DNA of 45,419 nt from Candidatus Wolfebacteria bacterium (GTDB taxonomy: Bacteria; Patescibacteriota; Minisyncoccia; Phycocordibacterales; Phycocordibacteraceae), in NCBI GenBank assembly GCA_002400985.2, contig NVRX02000006.1, forward strand, positions 169,368 to 214,786. Reading direction: 5' to 3'. The translations under genes were made by a program, and so were the position numbers. Below are positions 35,632 to 44,496 of the stretch, in pieces (the stretch's first letter is position 1; the number at the start of each line of letters is the position of its first letter). Under the pieces are notes generated by a model that was given only the letters and a program-made list of their open reading frames with translations, ran no database searches and was not told the DNA's origin.

Positions 35632-36949
35632 AATACGAACACGAATAGCGCCATCTCCAACAGGAGTACTCCACATGGGTACTGCACGTACCGCACTGGT
35701 AAACTATCTCTTTGCAAAAAAGATGGGAGGTGAATTTTTAATACGAATTGAAGATACAGACAAAGAACGAAGCACCAAGGAATTTGAAACAAACATCCTT
35801 GATGGGCTTGATTGGCTTGGATTGCAACACGATGCACTGTCTAGGCAAAGCGAGGATTTAAAACACCATACAGATGCAATAGCAAAACTTATTGAAAGTG
35901 GCGCAGCGTATGAAAGTGAGGAAGATAGTAAAAGGGAAGAGGGAAAGAAAGTAACCATAGTACGGCTAAAGAACCCTGGAAAGAAAATAACCTTTAATGA
36001 TCTCATCCGTGGAGATGTGACATTTGATACTACAGACCTTGGAGACTTTGTAATTGCGAGAAGCGTAACAGACCCTCTATACCACCTTGCGGTTGTTGTA
36101 GATGATGAGCGATCAAAAATAACTCACGTAATACGAGGAGAAGACCACATCTCAAACACTCCACGACAAATACTCATACAAGAAGCCCTTGGGTATGAGC
36201 GACCGCTATACGCACACCTTCCTCTTATACTTGGAGAAGATAAATCAAAACTCTCAAAGAGACATGGGGCAACATCAGTAGATGATTATAAAGAGATGGG
36301 ATACACCAAAGATGCATTCCTAAACTATCTTGCACTCCTTGGATGGCACCCAACAGACGAACAAGAGATATTCACGCTCGTTGAACTCGTAAAAGAATTT
36401 GATATTGCACGAGTACAGAAGGGAGGTGCAATCTTTTCTGTAGAAAAATTAGATTGGATAAATAAGCATCACATAGAGAAGCTTTCAGATGAGGCATACT
36501 TCGTAGGACTTGATCTCTCAGAAATAATAACGCTCCCCCAATACTCAGACGAAAGAATGAGCATGGTACTTCCTCTAGTGCGAGAAAGACTTCATAAGTT
36601 TGGTGATTTTGAACATGAAGAAATTGCATTCTTTTTTGATACGCCAACATACAAAACAGAAAACCTACTCTTTAAAGGCAAGGGTGATATCGCAGATACC
36701 AAAAAGCACCTTGAGCACGTACGTAAAACACTTTCAGAGCTTGGAAATGACGCATGGAGCGATACAGAAGTACTTAAAGCATCAATATGGGACTATGCAA
36801 GTGAAGTAGGGAGGGGGGACGTTCTGTGGCCTTTGCGATATTGTCTTTCTGGACGTGATAAATCACCAGATCCTTTTACAATTCTTCCTATTCTTGGAAA
36901 AGAAGAGTCTTTGAAGAGAATTGACACAGCACTTGAGGATATTGTGTAA
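35624..36949 (+). CDS. gltX: Glutamate--tRNA ligase
   Basis: RIAPSPTG.LHMG, RIEDTD, ITHVIRGEDH, KLSKRHG. Confidence 0.97.
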   Translation: MNKIRTRIAPSPTGVLHMGTARTALVNYLFAKKMGGEFLIRIEDTDKERSTKEFETNILDGLDWLGLQHDALSRQSEDLKHHTDAIAKLIESGAAYESEEDSKREEGKKVTIVRLKNPGKKITFNDLIRGDVTFDTTDLGDFVIARSVTDPLYHLAVVVDDERSKITHVIRGEDHISNTPRQILIQEALGYERPLYAHLPLILGEDKSKLSKRHGATSVDDYKEMGYTKDAFLNYLALLGWHPTDEQEIFTLVELVKEFDIARVQKGGAIFSVEKLDWINKHHIEKLSDEAYFVGLDLSEIITLPQYSDERMSMVLPLVRERLHKFGDFEHEEIAFFFDTPTYKTENLLFKGKGDIADTKKHLEHVRKTLSELGNDAWSDTEVLKASIWDYASEVGRGDVLWPLRYCLSGRDKSPDPFTILPILGKEESLKRIDTALEDIV

Positions 36950-36996
36950 TTAGTGTATATATAGAGATAGCTTGAACATTGAAAAGGAGAAAGCTT

Positions 36997-37476
36997 ATGG
37001 GAATACTTGTATGTCAGTCAATGACACGATTACTTGCCATGTCACCACCAAGGCTTGAACTAGGACCTTATAAAGTTCTTTTTCACACCAGAAACTCTCA
37101 TGTCATTTTGCAAAAAATGAACATTCGTCCATTTGGCGATCTTAAGAAGCTTAGTCATGACGGAAAATTTCTAACAGTTTGCGACGCAAAATACAAAACA
37201 GGACTCCGTTTTGTAAACGGAACAGCACCTGAAACACTGTTGCAACCCTTGCTTCAGCATTTTATTCCAGAACCATGGAAACAGTTCCGATTATTTTTTC
37301 TTGGAACCACTTTTTCTTCACTTGAAAAAGGCCAGGAGGAGACTCAATGGGTTCGATGTTTTTTTTGGAATAAGAGAGAACGAGTTTGGGCTTTGCAATT
37401 TGCAAGGCTAGACAAGGTGTTCGATCTTATCCATTCCAAAGATCTGGGAATTCACAAGGTGGTGACCTTAAATTAA
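36997..37476 (+). CDS. Hypothetical protein (Trp-rich C-terminal motif)
   Basis: AAGGAG SD; IPEPWK...FFLGT...VRCFFW...W motif. Confidence 0.65.
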   Translation: MGILVCQSMTRLLAMSPPRLELGPYKVLFHTRNSHVILQKMNIRPFGDLKKLSHDGKFLTVCDAKYKTGLRFVNGTAPETLLQPLLQHFIPEPWKQFRLFFLGTTFSSLEKGQEETQWVRCFFWNKRERVWALQFARLDKVFDLIHSKDLGIHKVVTLN

Positions 37477-37494
37477 CGCAGTTTAAGTACTGCT

Positions 37495-37525
37495 AAAAAC
37501 CCCGCATATTATGTGCGGGGTTTTT
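37495..37525. terminator. Intrinsic terminator
   Basis: aaaaaccccgcat-attat-gtgcggggttttt. Confidence 0.8.
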
Positions 37526-37540
37526 GCTATACTACGAGTA

Positions 37541-38854
37541 ATGAAATACCTACTTGCCATAAGTATATTCTTTTTATTTGCCACCCCTGCATTTGCGGCA
37601 AGTATTGATAGTCTCAAAAATCAAATCGTAGATCGAAATGCACAGATTGCAGACATAGAAAGACAGATTGCAGAATACCAACAGCAACTCCTTGTAGTTG
37701 GATCAGAAAAGAAAAGTTTGCAAAGTGCCATTGCCTCACTTGATCTATCTCGAAATAAGCTTTCAGCAAGTATTCGCGTAACAGAAAACAGAATTTCAAA
37801 TGCAAACCTCACACTGCAAGAACTTTCACGAGAAATATTTAAAAATGAGAATGTAATAGCAGGGCACGAAAATGCTATTGCTAAATCGATACGTGAAATA
37901 CACAAAGCAAGTGCGCAAACACTTATAGAGCAACTTCTTTCAGAAAAGAATGTGTCCGATATATGGAATGACACTGGAATACTTCTTCAATTCCAAGGAG
38001 CACTCCAAGCAAGTGTTGCATCCATCACGCAAGTACAAGTAGCGCTTGCGGGAGACAAAGATTATGAAGAACGAAAAAAGAAAGAGCTTGCTGCTCTTAA
38101 ACAAGACCTATCGTCTGAGAAATATGGATTAGACATAAGTAAGAGAGAAAAAAATACTCTCCTTACACAAACAAAGAACAAAGAAAGTAACTACCAGAAA
38201 CTCATTCGAGAAAAAGAAGAAGCACAAGAAGCTTTTGAAAAAGATCTCTTTGCGCTTGAAGCAGAGTTACAAATTGCTATTGATCCAAATAGTATTCCAA
38301 GTGTAGGATCAGGAACACTCAAGTGGCCATTTTCTGCAGACTTTATGCGTAGGTGTGCAGACAGGGAAAGCTGGTATGGAAACATCTTATGTATTACTCA
38401 GTATTTTGGAAATACTCCTTTTGCTACAGCAAACGCACAAGTGTATAGCGGAAAAGGGCATAACGGAATGGACTTTGGTGCATCTACCGGAACACCACTT
38501 GAGGCTGCACTTGCAGGTGTAATACAAGGAACAGGGAACACCGATCGATATGCAGGATGCTACTCATATGGAAAGTGGATTCTTATAAAACACGGAAATG
38601 GTCTTGCAACACTCTATGCTCACTTATCTGAAATAGCGGTATCGCCTGGACAGCAGGTAAGTACCGGGGATGTTATTGGATATTCGGGAAATACTGGCTT
38701 CTCTACAGGGCCACACCTACACTTTAGTGTGTTTGCAAACCAGGGTGTAAAGATAGTTCGCTTTGGAGATGTGAAGGCTATAACTAACTGTCCAAACGCA
38801 CATATCCCCATAGCCCCTCGCGAAGCGTACCTAAATCCGTTATCATACTTATAA
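37541..38854 (+). CDS. Secreted coiled-coil M23-family peptidoglycan peptidase (EnvC/CwlO-like architecture)
   Basis: Signal peptide, long coiled coil, HNGMD, YAHL, STGPHLHF. Confidence 0.92.
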   Translation: MKYLLAISIFFLFATPAFAASIDSLKNQIVDRNAQIADIERQIAEYQQQLLVVGSEKKSLQSAIASLDLSRNKLSASIRVTENRISNANLTLQELSREIFKNENVIAGHENAIAKSIREIHKASAQTLIEQLLSEKNVSDIWNDTGILLQFQGALQASVASITQVQVALAGDKDYEERKKKELAALKQDLSSEKYGLDISKREKNTLLTQTKNKESNYQKLIREKEEAQEAFEKDLFALEAELQIAIDPNSIPSVGSGTLKWPFSADFMRRCADRESWYGNILCITQYFGNTPFATANAQVYSGKGHNGMDFGASTGTPLEAALAGVIQGTGNTDRYAGCYSYGKWILIKHGNGLATLYAHLSEIAVSPGQQVSTGDVIGYSGNTGFSTGPHLHFSVFANQGVKIVRFGDVKAITNCPNAHIPIAPREAYLNPLSYL

Positions 38855-38856
38855 AC

Positions 38857-39060
38857 ATGTGGCATTTACTTAAATTGGCAATACTTGTAATCGCAATACT
38901 TTTCGTACTGAGCTTCTTTGGTATCTCAATACAGGGAATTATTGAATCTCCTGCGGGACAAGCAAACATTGGTTTCGTCTGGGGATATATTCTTATAGCG
39001 TGGCAATGGATTATAGAATTCTCACTAGACTTATTAGACGTTATTATTTTCTGGAATTAA
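38857..39060 (+). CDS. Small hypothetical membrane protein
   Basis: Hydrophobic 67-aa ORF tightly packed in an operon. Confidence 0.7.
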   Translation: MWHLLKLAILVIAILFVLSFFGISIQGIIESPAGQANIGFVWGYILIAWQWIIEFSLDLLDVIIFWN

Positions 39061-39061
39061 T

Positions 39062-39310
39062 ATGGAAGAGAAAAAACAAATACAAATCGCAATACCCAAT
39101 GAAGCAAAACCTTCATTTTCTAATGCAACACAGATCACGGTAAATGATGATGCGGTAACAATGCAATTCGCATACGTACGACCAAACACAGAACAAGGAC
39201 AACTCATGTCTGAAGTTATCCTTACGCCAAAACATGCCATGGACTTTCAAAAGGCACTTGATACAACTCTAAAGAAGCACTTTACAAAGCATTTAGACGA
39301 AAATGAATAA
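39062..39310 (+). CDS. DUF3467-like small protein
   Basis: FSNATQI...TMQF...VILTPKHA pattern. Confidence 0.65.
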   Translation: MEEKKQIQIAIPNEAKPSFSNATQITVNDDAVTMQFAYVRPNTEQGQLMSEVILTPKHAMDFQKALDTTLKKHFTKHLDENE

Positions 39311-39791
39311 AAAAGCATACTTTGCAGGTGGGTGCTTCTGGGGAATAGAAGATTTATTTAAAAAGATTGATGGAGTTATTGATACTGAGACAGGATACAC
39401 AGGAGGAAGTAATGAAAATCCCACATACCAAAACCATGAAGGACACGCTGAAGCACTAGAAGTAACGTACGATACAGACAAAGTTTCGTACAAAACACTT
39501 CTGGATTGGTTTTTTCGAATACACAACCCAACCACACTCAACCAGCAGGGGAATGACAAAGGAACTTCATATAGGTCTGCTATTTTCTATCAAGATGCTG
39601 AGGAGAGGGGAGAGGCATCTTCTTTTATAGATATTGTAGATGAATCAGAGAAATGGCCTAATCCTGTTGTTACAACTCTTGAAGAGTTTTCTACATTCTG
39701 GGCAGCAGAGAGTGAGCACCAAGACTATCTTCAAAACAATACTGGAGGATATACCTGCCATGCTGTGTATTTTGATAGTTATATAAAATAA
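39303..39791 (+). CDS. msrA: Peptide-methionine (S)-S-oxide reductase
   Basis: FAGGCFWG, GYTGG, HAE, QQGND.G.SYRSAIF, AESEHQDY, TCH. Confidence 0.97.
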   Translation: MNKKAYFAGGCFWGIEDLFKKIDGVIDTETGYTGGSNENPTYQNHEGHAEALEVTYDTDKVSYKTLLDWFFRIHNPTTLNQQGNDKGTSYRSAIFYQDAEERGEASSFIDIVDESEKWPNPVVTTLEEFSTFWAAESEHQDYLQNNTGGYTCHAVYFDSYIK

Positions 39792-39792
39792 T

Positions 39793-39816
39793 AAAAACCG
39801 CCAGTTAAGACGGTTT
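39793..39816 (-). terminator. Terminator (probably bidirectional) between msrA and the ncRNA
   Basis: Minus strand aaaccgtc-ttaact-ggcggttttt. Confidence 0.7.
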
Positions 39817-39819
39817 AGG

Positions 39820-39969
39820 TGAATGCTTAGATAAAAGAGGGGGACTGTTATTGTTACAGCCATCGGGTGCCAGAACCCTGACACGGGATTGGAGAAACCA
39901 CACTCTTTAGACGATTCTGGACAGCAAACTGATCTGCTCATACTGGGCCTTTAGATACCCAAGCGTTCA
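39820..39969 (-). ncRNA. Structured RNA of about 150 nt, 6S (SsrS)-like
   Basis: 5' UGAACGCUUGGGUA pairs with 3' UAUCUAAGCAUUCA; inner stem CCAGAAUC/GGUUCUGG; TATGCT -10 upstream and terminator downstream; GC-rich relative to flanks. Confidence 0.55.
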
Positions 39970-40097
39970 TATAGAGCATACACTTTTTTCTTCATAGACA
40001 AAATATTTTAATATTTAATACATGCTGTCAACAATGTAAAGAAGTTTTCCACAGTAGGGGAGTACACATTCTTTACACAGTGGTATACTCCATGTAT

Positions 40098-40742
40098 ATG
40101 CACGTAACACAAGCACAATTATTGACACTTATCAGAGGGAAAGCAAAGCTAGGAAGCCTTAGTTTGCGACAAATTGCTAAATTAATAGAACAAGAAGGAA
40201 AGCCGCAGATTGTAAAGTATCACCTACAACAGCTTGAAAAAGCTGGTCTTATACAGATTGATCTCTCAAAAGGCGTTATAAAGCCTGTTAAGCGAGGATT
40301 TGCAACAGGAGTAAAGAGTTTATTCTATTCAATACCTATTGTAGGGGCTGCTAACTGTGGACCTGCAACAATCTTCGCTGAGGAGCGTACAGAAGGGTAT
40401 GTGAAGGTTTCTTCAAGTCTTCTGCCTAAACGTCGCCAGGATCTCTATGCGCTTGTTACAAACGGACCTTCTATGAATAAGGCTGTTATACGTGGGACTC
40501 TTACTATTGAGGATGGAGACTTCGTTATTGTAGATAAGTCTCAGGTAGTACCTAAAGATGGAGATATTATCGTAGCGGTAATAGACGGGATGGCCACTAT
40601 CAAAAGGTACAAACTAGACAAAGAAAATGAACGTATCATGCTTGACGCTGACTCTACTGAAAATTATTCTCCAATACTTATTAGTCCAAATGATGATTTC
40701 CAGATTAGTGGGAAGGTGATTGATATTATCAAAAAGAGTTAG
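40098..40742 (+). CDS. LexA-like repressor (wHTH plus peptidase S24)
   Basis: YHLQQLEKAGLI wHTH, ANCG cleavage site, GPSM (Ser), TIKR (Lys); start 40092 or 40098. Confidence 0.85.
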   Translation: MHVTQAQLLTLIRGKAKLGSLSLRQIAKLIEQEGKPQIVKYHLQQLEKAGLIQIDLSKGVIKPVKRGFATGVKSLFYSIPIVGAANCGPATIFAEERTEGYVKVSSSLLPKRRQDLYALVTNGPSMNKAVIRGTLTIEDGDFVIVDKSQVVPKDGDIIVAVIDGMATIKRYKLDKENERIMLDADSTENYSPILISPNDDFQISGKVIDIIKKS

Positions 40743-40761
40743 ATTTGTTATACTAGGCTTT

Positions 40762-41199
40762 ATGAATGAAAACTTCTCAATAGAGGCATCTTTACTTTGT
40801 GAAAAAGTTATATCGAGCACAAAAGGAAGACTTAGTATTATAAATATTTTTGACAGAACAAGCATACCTTCTAATGGAATTACCAGAGATGAACTAAACG
40901 TGGTTTTTAGGGTTAAACGAACTAACCCAACAAGACAAGAGTTGAGTGTTTTAAAGGTGAGAGTGATGAAGCCTGACGGAACTCAACTTCAGGCAAGGCG
41001 TGATGGAAACCAAACTCTATCGCCTGTTGAGCTCACAAAAAATTACTTATGGACAGACAAAAACTACTTAAACTACATAACGACTTTTAAAAATTTGCAC
41101 CTGATAGATACTGGACTGTATTCTATAGATCTTTTTATTGATGGTGGAGATGATCCTATAAAAAGTATCACTTGGGAAGTTATAACAAAACAAACTTAA
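40762..41199 (+). CDS. Hypothetical protein (DUF6941-like beta-sandwich)
   Basis: LLCEKV....GRLSIINIFD...GLYSIDLFIDG pattern; TATACT 7 nt before ATG. Confidence 0.6.
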   Translation: MNENFSIEASLLCEKVISSTKGRLSIINIFDRTSIPSNGITRDELNVVFRVKRTNPTRQELSVLKVRVMKPDGTQLQARRDGNQTLSPVELTKNYLWTDKNYLNYITTFKNLHLIDTGLYSIDLFIDGGDDPIKSITWEVITKQT

Positions 41200-41202
41200 C
41201 TT

Positions 41203-41535
41203 ATGGTTCCCACAGTAGAAATATATGGAGAACCTCAAAGTGATCCAGATACAGGATCTGGAAATACTTCAAATGATAATTCCTTTGATGCTGACGTAGA
41301 AAAAAAACTTAATAATCAAGAAGTTCGAATTGGCCAAATGGAAGACCTGATGCAACTTGGACACATGATTCTTCTTATTACTGCACTTGGAGTAGCAATT
41401 GGTTTTACAACAGTTGTAATAACTTCAGTTTCTTCTTTATCAAACAATTGGACTCAAGTAGAGTTACTTAAGATGGGGCAGCTGAATGATCTAAACTCAA
41501 AGTTACTAGATAAAAGATTTTATATTATTGAATAA
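41203..41535 (+). CDS. Hypothetical protein with single TM
   Basis: ORF 3 nt after the upstream stop; one hydrophobic segment. Confidence 0.6.
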   Translation: MVPTVEIYGEPQSDPDTGSGNTSNDNSFDADVEKKLNNQEVRIGQMEDLMQLGHMILLITALGVAIGFTTVVITSVSSLSNNWTQVELLKMGQLNDLNSKLLDKRFYIIE

Positions 41536-41683
41536 GTCGCAAAAGATATATTGTGCGACGTATACATAATTAAAGCCACCCTACACATTAAATACATGTT
41601 TACTCAATAATCTATCCTCCCCTACTGTATACTTATGAGAGTTGAACATTTACTAATTAAACTTAATTAAACAATTAATTATT

Positions 41684-42115
41684 ATGAAAAAACTTCACGA
41701 ATCTCAAAGCTATGAACTTTGGGCTCCTGTATTGGGACGAGTTTTAATTGCCTCTCTCTTTATTATTGCAGGTTTAGGAAAACTTATGGATTTTGCTGGA
41801 ACTGTAGCATTTGCTACAGCCTTCAATGTTCCTTTTCCTGAGGTAGCAATTGTTATTGCAATTATCATAGAGCTTGGAGGTGGACTATTACTCCTATTTG
41901 GATTCTGGTCACGTCTTGTAGCATTCAAGATTGGATTATTCCTTCTTGTAGTTACATTATTCTTCCACACTGATTTTGCTGATCAGGCACAGATGATGCA
42001 GTTCTTAAAGAACATGGCAATCATTGGAGGTCTTCTGTATGTAAGTGTTCATGGAGCACGGAAAGCTGCACTTAAAAAATGTGACTTACCACACAACGTG
42101 CACGAAGCACACTAA
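41684..42115 (+). CDS. DoxX-family membrane protein
   Basis: GRVLIASLFIIAGLGK, ELGGGLLLLFG, FFH, FLKNMAIIGGLL. Confidence 0.92.
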   Translation: MKKLHESQSYELWAPVLGRVLIASLFIIAGLGKLMDFAGTVAFATAFNVPFPEVAIVIAIIIELGGGLLLLFGFWSRLVAFKIGLFLLVVTLFFHTDFADQAQMMQFLKNMAIIGGLLYVSVHGARKAALKKCDLPHNVHEAH

Positions 42116-42122
42116 GACACGT

Positions 42123-42147
42123 AAAAAGCCCCGTGAGGGGCTTTTTT
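42123..42147. terminator. Bidirectional terminator
   Basis: aaaaagcccc-gtga-ggggcttttt. Confidence 0.85.
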
Positions 42148-42148
42148 G

Positions 42149-42853
42149 TTAGCACTTGGCGTTCTCTACAATATATTCGTACGCATCGTCTACGGAGTCT
42201 ACAAGCTTATATAGATTCACGTCTTCTTTGCTAATTGTTTTGTATCCTTTTACAAAATGAGAATCGATGAGATCGAGAATTGGTTGCCAATATGCTTTTC
42301 CAACAAGAACAACTGGCACTGGTTTAATTTTCTTTGTTTGTATAAGTGTAAGTATCTCAAACAACTCATCCATGGTTCCAAAACCTCCTGGATAGTATAT
42401 GTATACCTCTGCAGCAAAAGCGAGCATTACCTTTCGACTAAAGAAGTGGTCGAAGCTTACACTTTCGGTAAGATACGGGTTTGAAGTTTGTTCGTTAGGT
42501 AAATCTATATTCATCCCCACAGATTGCCCCCCCGCTTCAAATGCACCTTTGTTAGCAGCTTCCATAACCCCATGACTTCCTCCGGTAATAATAGTGAAGC
42601 CTCGCACTGCAAGCTTACCTGCAAGTTCTTCCGCACTTTTATAAATTTCATCACTCATAGAGCAACGCGCGCTTCCAAAAAAGGTTGCGACTAGACCATA
42701 TTTTTGAATCACTTCAAATCCAGACGCAAACTCGCTCATAATTTGAAAGATTCTCCACGGCTCTATGTTAACCGGCTTACACACAAGAGGTGCTACGGTC
42801 TTTGGCACTTTGATATTTTGATTTTTTCTAACTTCTTCAATAAATTCTCGCAT
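42149..42853 (-). CDS. LOG-family (TIGR00730) nucleotide monophosphate nucleosidase
   Basis: FGSAR, TGG..GVMEAANKGA, RKVML, PGGFGTMDE. Confidence 0.92.
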   Translation of the reverse strand: MREFIEEVRKNQNIKVPKTVAPLVCKPVNIEPWRIFQIMSEFASGFEVIQKYGLVATFFGSARCSMSDEIYKSAEELAGKLAVRGFTIITGGSHGVMEAANKGAFEAGGQSVGMNIDLPNEQTSNPYLTESVSFDHFFSRKVMLAFAAEVYIYYPGGFGTMDELFEILTLIQTKKIKPVPVVLVGKAYWQPILDLIDSHFVKGYKTISKEDVNLYKLVDSVDDAYEYIVENAKC

Positions 42854-42884
42854 ATACGCTCTAATGTATCACATCTCTACCCTT

Positions 42885-43475
42885 CTATTTCCATGGAATA
42901 TCCAACGTCTCGAATTCAGGAAGTAATTTCTTGTCGTACAGAAGTCTAGATACAACCTCGGCATGACTCATTGCACCAGTAAGTGCATTGTGTGGTTCTG
43001 GCTCATCCGGAATACCACAATAATTGAGTACTGCGTCTAAATTAAGTGCAGATCGATGCTTTTCATGCGCAGGAACAATATTTGCCTTTACCATGTGCAT
43101 ATACGCTAGTGTGTGCGTATCTATAGTTCGCACTGCAAACGGATAATTTAATCCTGCACGTTCTGCAGCATGTCTAATAAAATCTCTATCAAAAGAAACA
43201 TTTTGCCCTGCAAGAGTCCTGTCACCATCTATTGCTGTTGCCCACTCAATAAACATTTCTGTTATTGCTGCTTCTGTCTTTTTTGAAGGATCTGTTATTT
43301 CTTCTTTAGTAAAACCATTTACTTCAAGTGCCTGAGGATCTATGTGTGCTCCTTCCCATACTTTGCACTCCTCATAAAACTGATTGGTTGGATTATTAAA
43401 TTCAATTGCCCCAATAGAAACAATTGAGTGTTTTTCTGCATTTACTCCTGATGCTTCTATATCTAGTACTATCAT
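42885..43475 (-). CDS. DEDDh 3'-5' exonuclease (DnaQ-like)
   Basis: VLDIEASG, GQNVSFD, IDT, HNALTGA; ATG 43475 follows TATAAT. Confidence 0.88.
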   Translation of the reverse strand: MIVLDIEASGVNAEKHSIVSIGAIEFNNPTNQFYEECKVWEGAHIDPQALEVNGFTKEEITDPSKKTEAAITEMFIEWATAIDGDRTLAGQNVSFDRDFIRHAAERAGLNYPFAVRTIDTHTLAYMHMVKANIVPAHEKHRSALNLDAVLNYCGIPDEPEPHNALTGAMSHAEVVSRLLYDKKLLPEFETLDIPWK

Positions 43476-43482
43476 TTCTTTA

Positions 43483-43830
43483 TTATATACCCTTACAGTT
43501 CCCTGCTGGAGTATATCCAGAAAGTTCTGCATCTTCTTTGTTATCAAACCAGATTTTATTTTCTTCTTTTATCCTCTTTGCTCCAGAACAACTTGGGAGA
43601 TGGTATTTTGCACCTGATATTGATGCCACATACTTCCCTTCTCCCTTTACTATCTCTGCATTATAGACTGCTGCACTTGTATCTATAAAAACCTCTTGTT
43701 TTAAGCCATCTTTTGCCGCCAGGTATCCCAAAGAGAAGCTTATACTTGAACTAAGCACCAAAACTATCAAAATAAAGAGATCTGTACCTACCACCCCCTT
43801 GAATTTTCTCATTCTCTCTGGTATATTCAT
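43483..43830 (-). CDS. Membrane-anchored protein with Ada metal-binding-like C-terminal domain
   Basis: TM followed by YVAS..G.KYH.PSC.GAKRI..EN..WF...A...GY.P..NC. Confidence 0.75.
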   Translation of the reverse strand: MNIPERMRKFKGVVGTDLFILIVLVLSSSISFSLGYLAAKDGLKQEVFIDTSAAVYNAEIVKGEGKYVASISGAKYHLPSCSGAKRIKEENKIWFDNKEDAELSGYTPAGNCKGI

Positions 43831-43849
43831 CGGACTAAGTATATAACAT

Positions 43850-44122
43850 ATGGCACATAGAAAAGCAGGTGGTTCGGCAAAGAACCTACGGGACAGTAAT
43901 CCCAAATATCTAGGAACAAAGCTCGCAGACGGACAATCAGCAAAGATTGGTTCTATTATCGTACGTCAGCGTGGAACAAAGATTGAGGCTGGAGAGAACG
44001 TACGAGTAGGAAAAGACCACACTCTGTACTCTATAGCTGAAGGAACTGTTGCTTTCAAGAGTAGAAGGAAGACTCGTTTTGATGGAAAGATAGTAACAAA
44101 GAAAGTCGCACACGTTATATAA
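43850..44122 (+). CDS. rpmA: 50S ribosomal protein L27
   Basis: [29 protein letters not shown]. Confidence 0.98.
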   Translation: MAHRKAGGSAKNLRDSNPKYLGTKLADGQSAKIGSIIVRQRGTKIEAGENVRVGKDHTLYSIAEGTVAFKSRRKTRFDGKIVTKKVAHVI

Positions 44123-44134
44123 CATTCTCCATAT

Positions 44135-44163
44135 AAAAAAGCCCCACATTGTGGGGCTTTTTT
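44135..44163 (+). terminator. Intrinsic terminator after rpmA
   Basis: aaaaaagccccac-att-gtggggctttttt. Confidence 0.85.
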
Positions 44164-44282
44164 AGTGTCTTACGTAATATCAACACATTGACCTTGTCTT
44201 TAATTAATGGCATTATATGACAAGTAAGTAAGGGGTATTTTACCTAAACGTATCCGGCGTTTCTCGGAATTGGAAGGCTATT

Positions 44283-44477
44283 ATGCCAAAACTTATAAGT
44301 AAAATTCTCTACACATTGGTCTTTATTTTCAGCAGTAACATAATTATATTGGCAATTATTCTTGCTGGTAGCGATATTAACATCAAACAAATAGAGATTG
44401 ATGTAGTAACTATAATTGCTCTTATTGTGGCCACGATTGCAGCACTAGTTTCATTTTTAAAACTTATGCACAATTAA
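44283..44477 (+). CDS. Small two-TM hypothetical protein
   Basis: 64 aa, very hydrophobic; TTGACC-17-CATTAT promoter, GGAAGG SD, downstream terminator. Confidence 0.6.
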   Translation: MPKLISKILYTLVFIFSSNIIILAIILAGSDINIKQIEIDVVTIIALIVATIAALVSFLKLMHN

Positions 44478-44496
44478 AACATCCGGCAACAAAACC

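Noticed and set aside
39920-39965. c-di-GMP-I riboswitch (tctaaag...tatga.cag resembles its receptor arm)
   Set aside because: The GGCAAA...GAAA...GACGCAAA 5' half is missing and no gene lies downstream on that strand.
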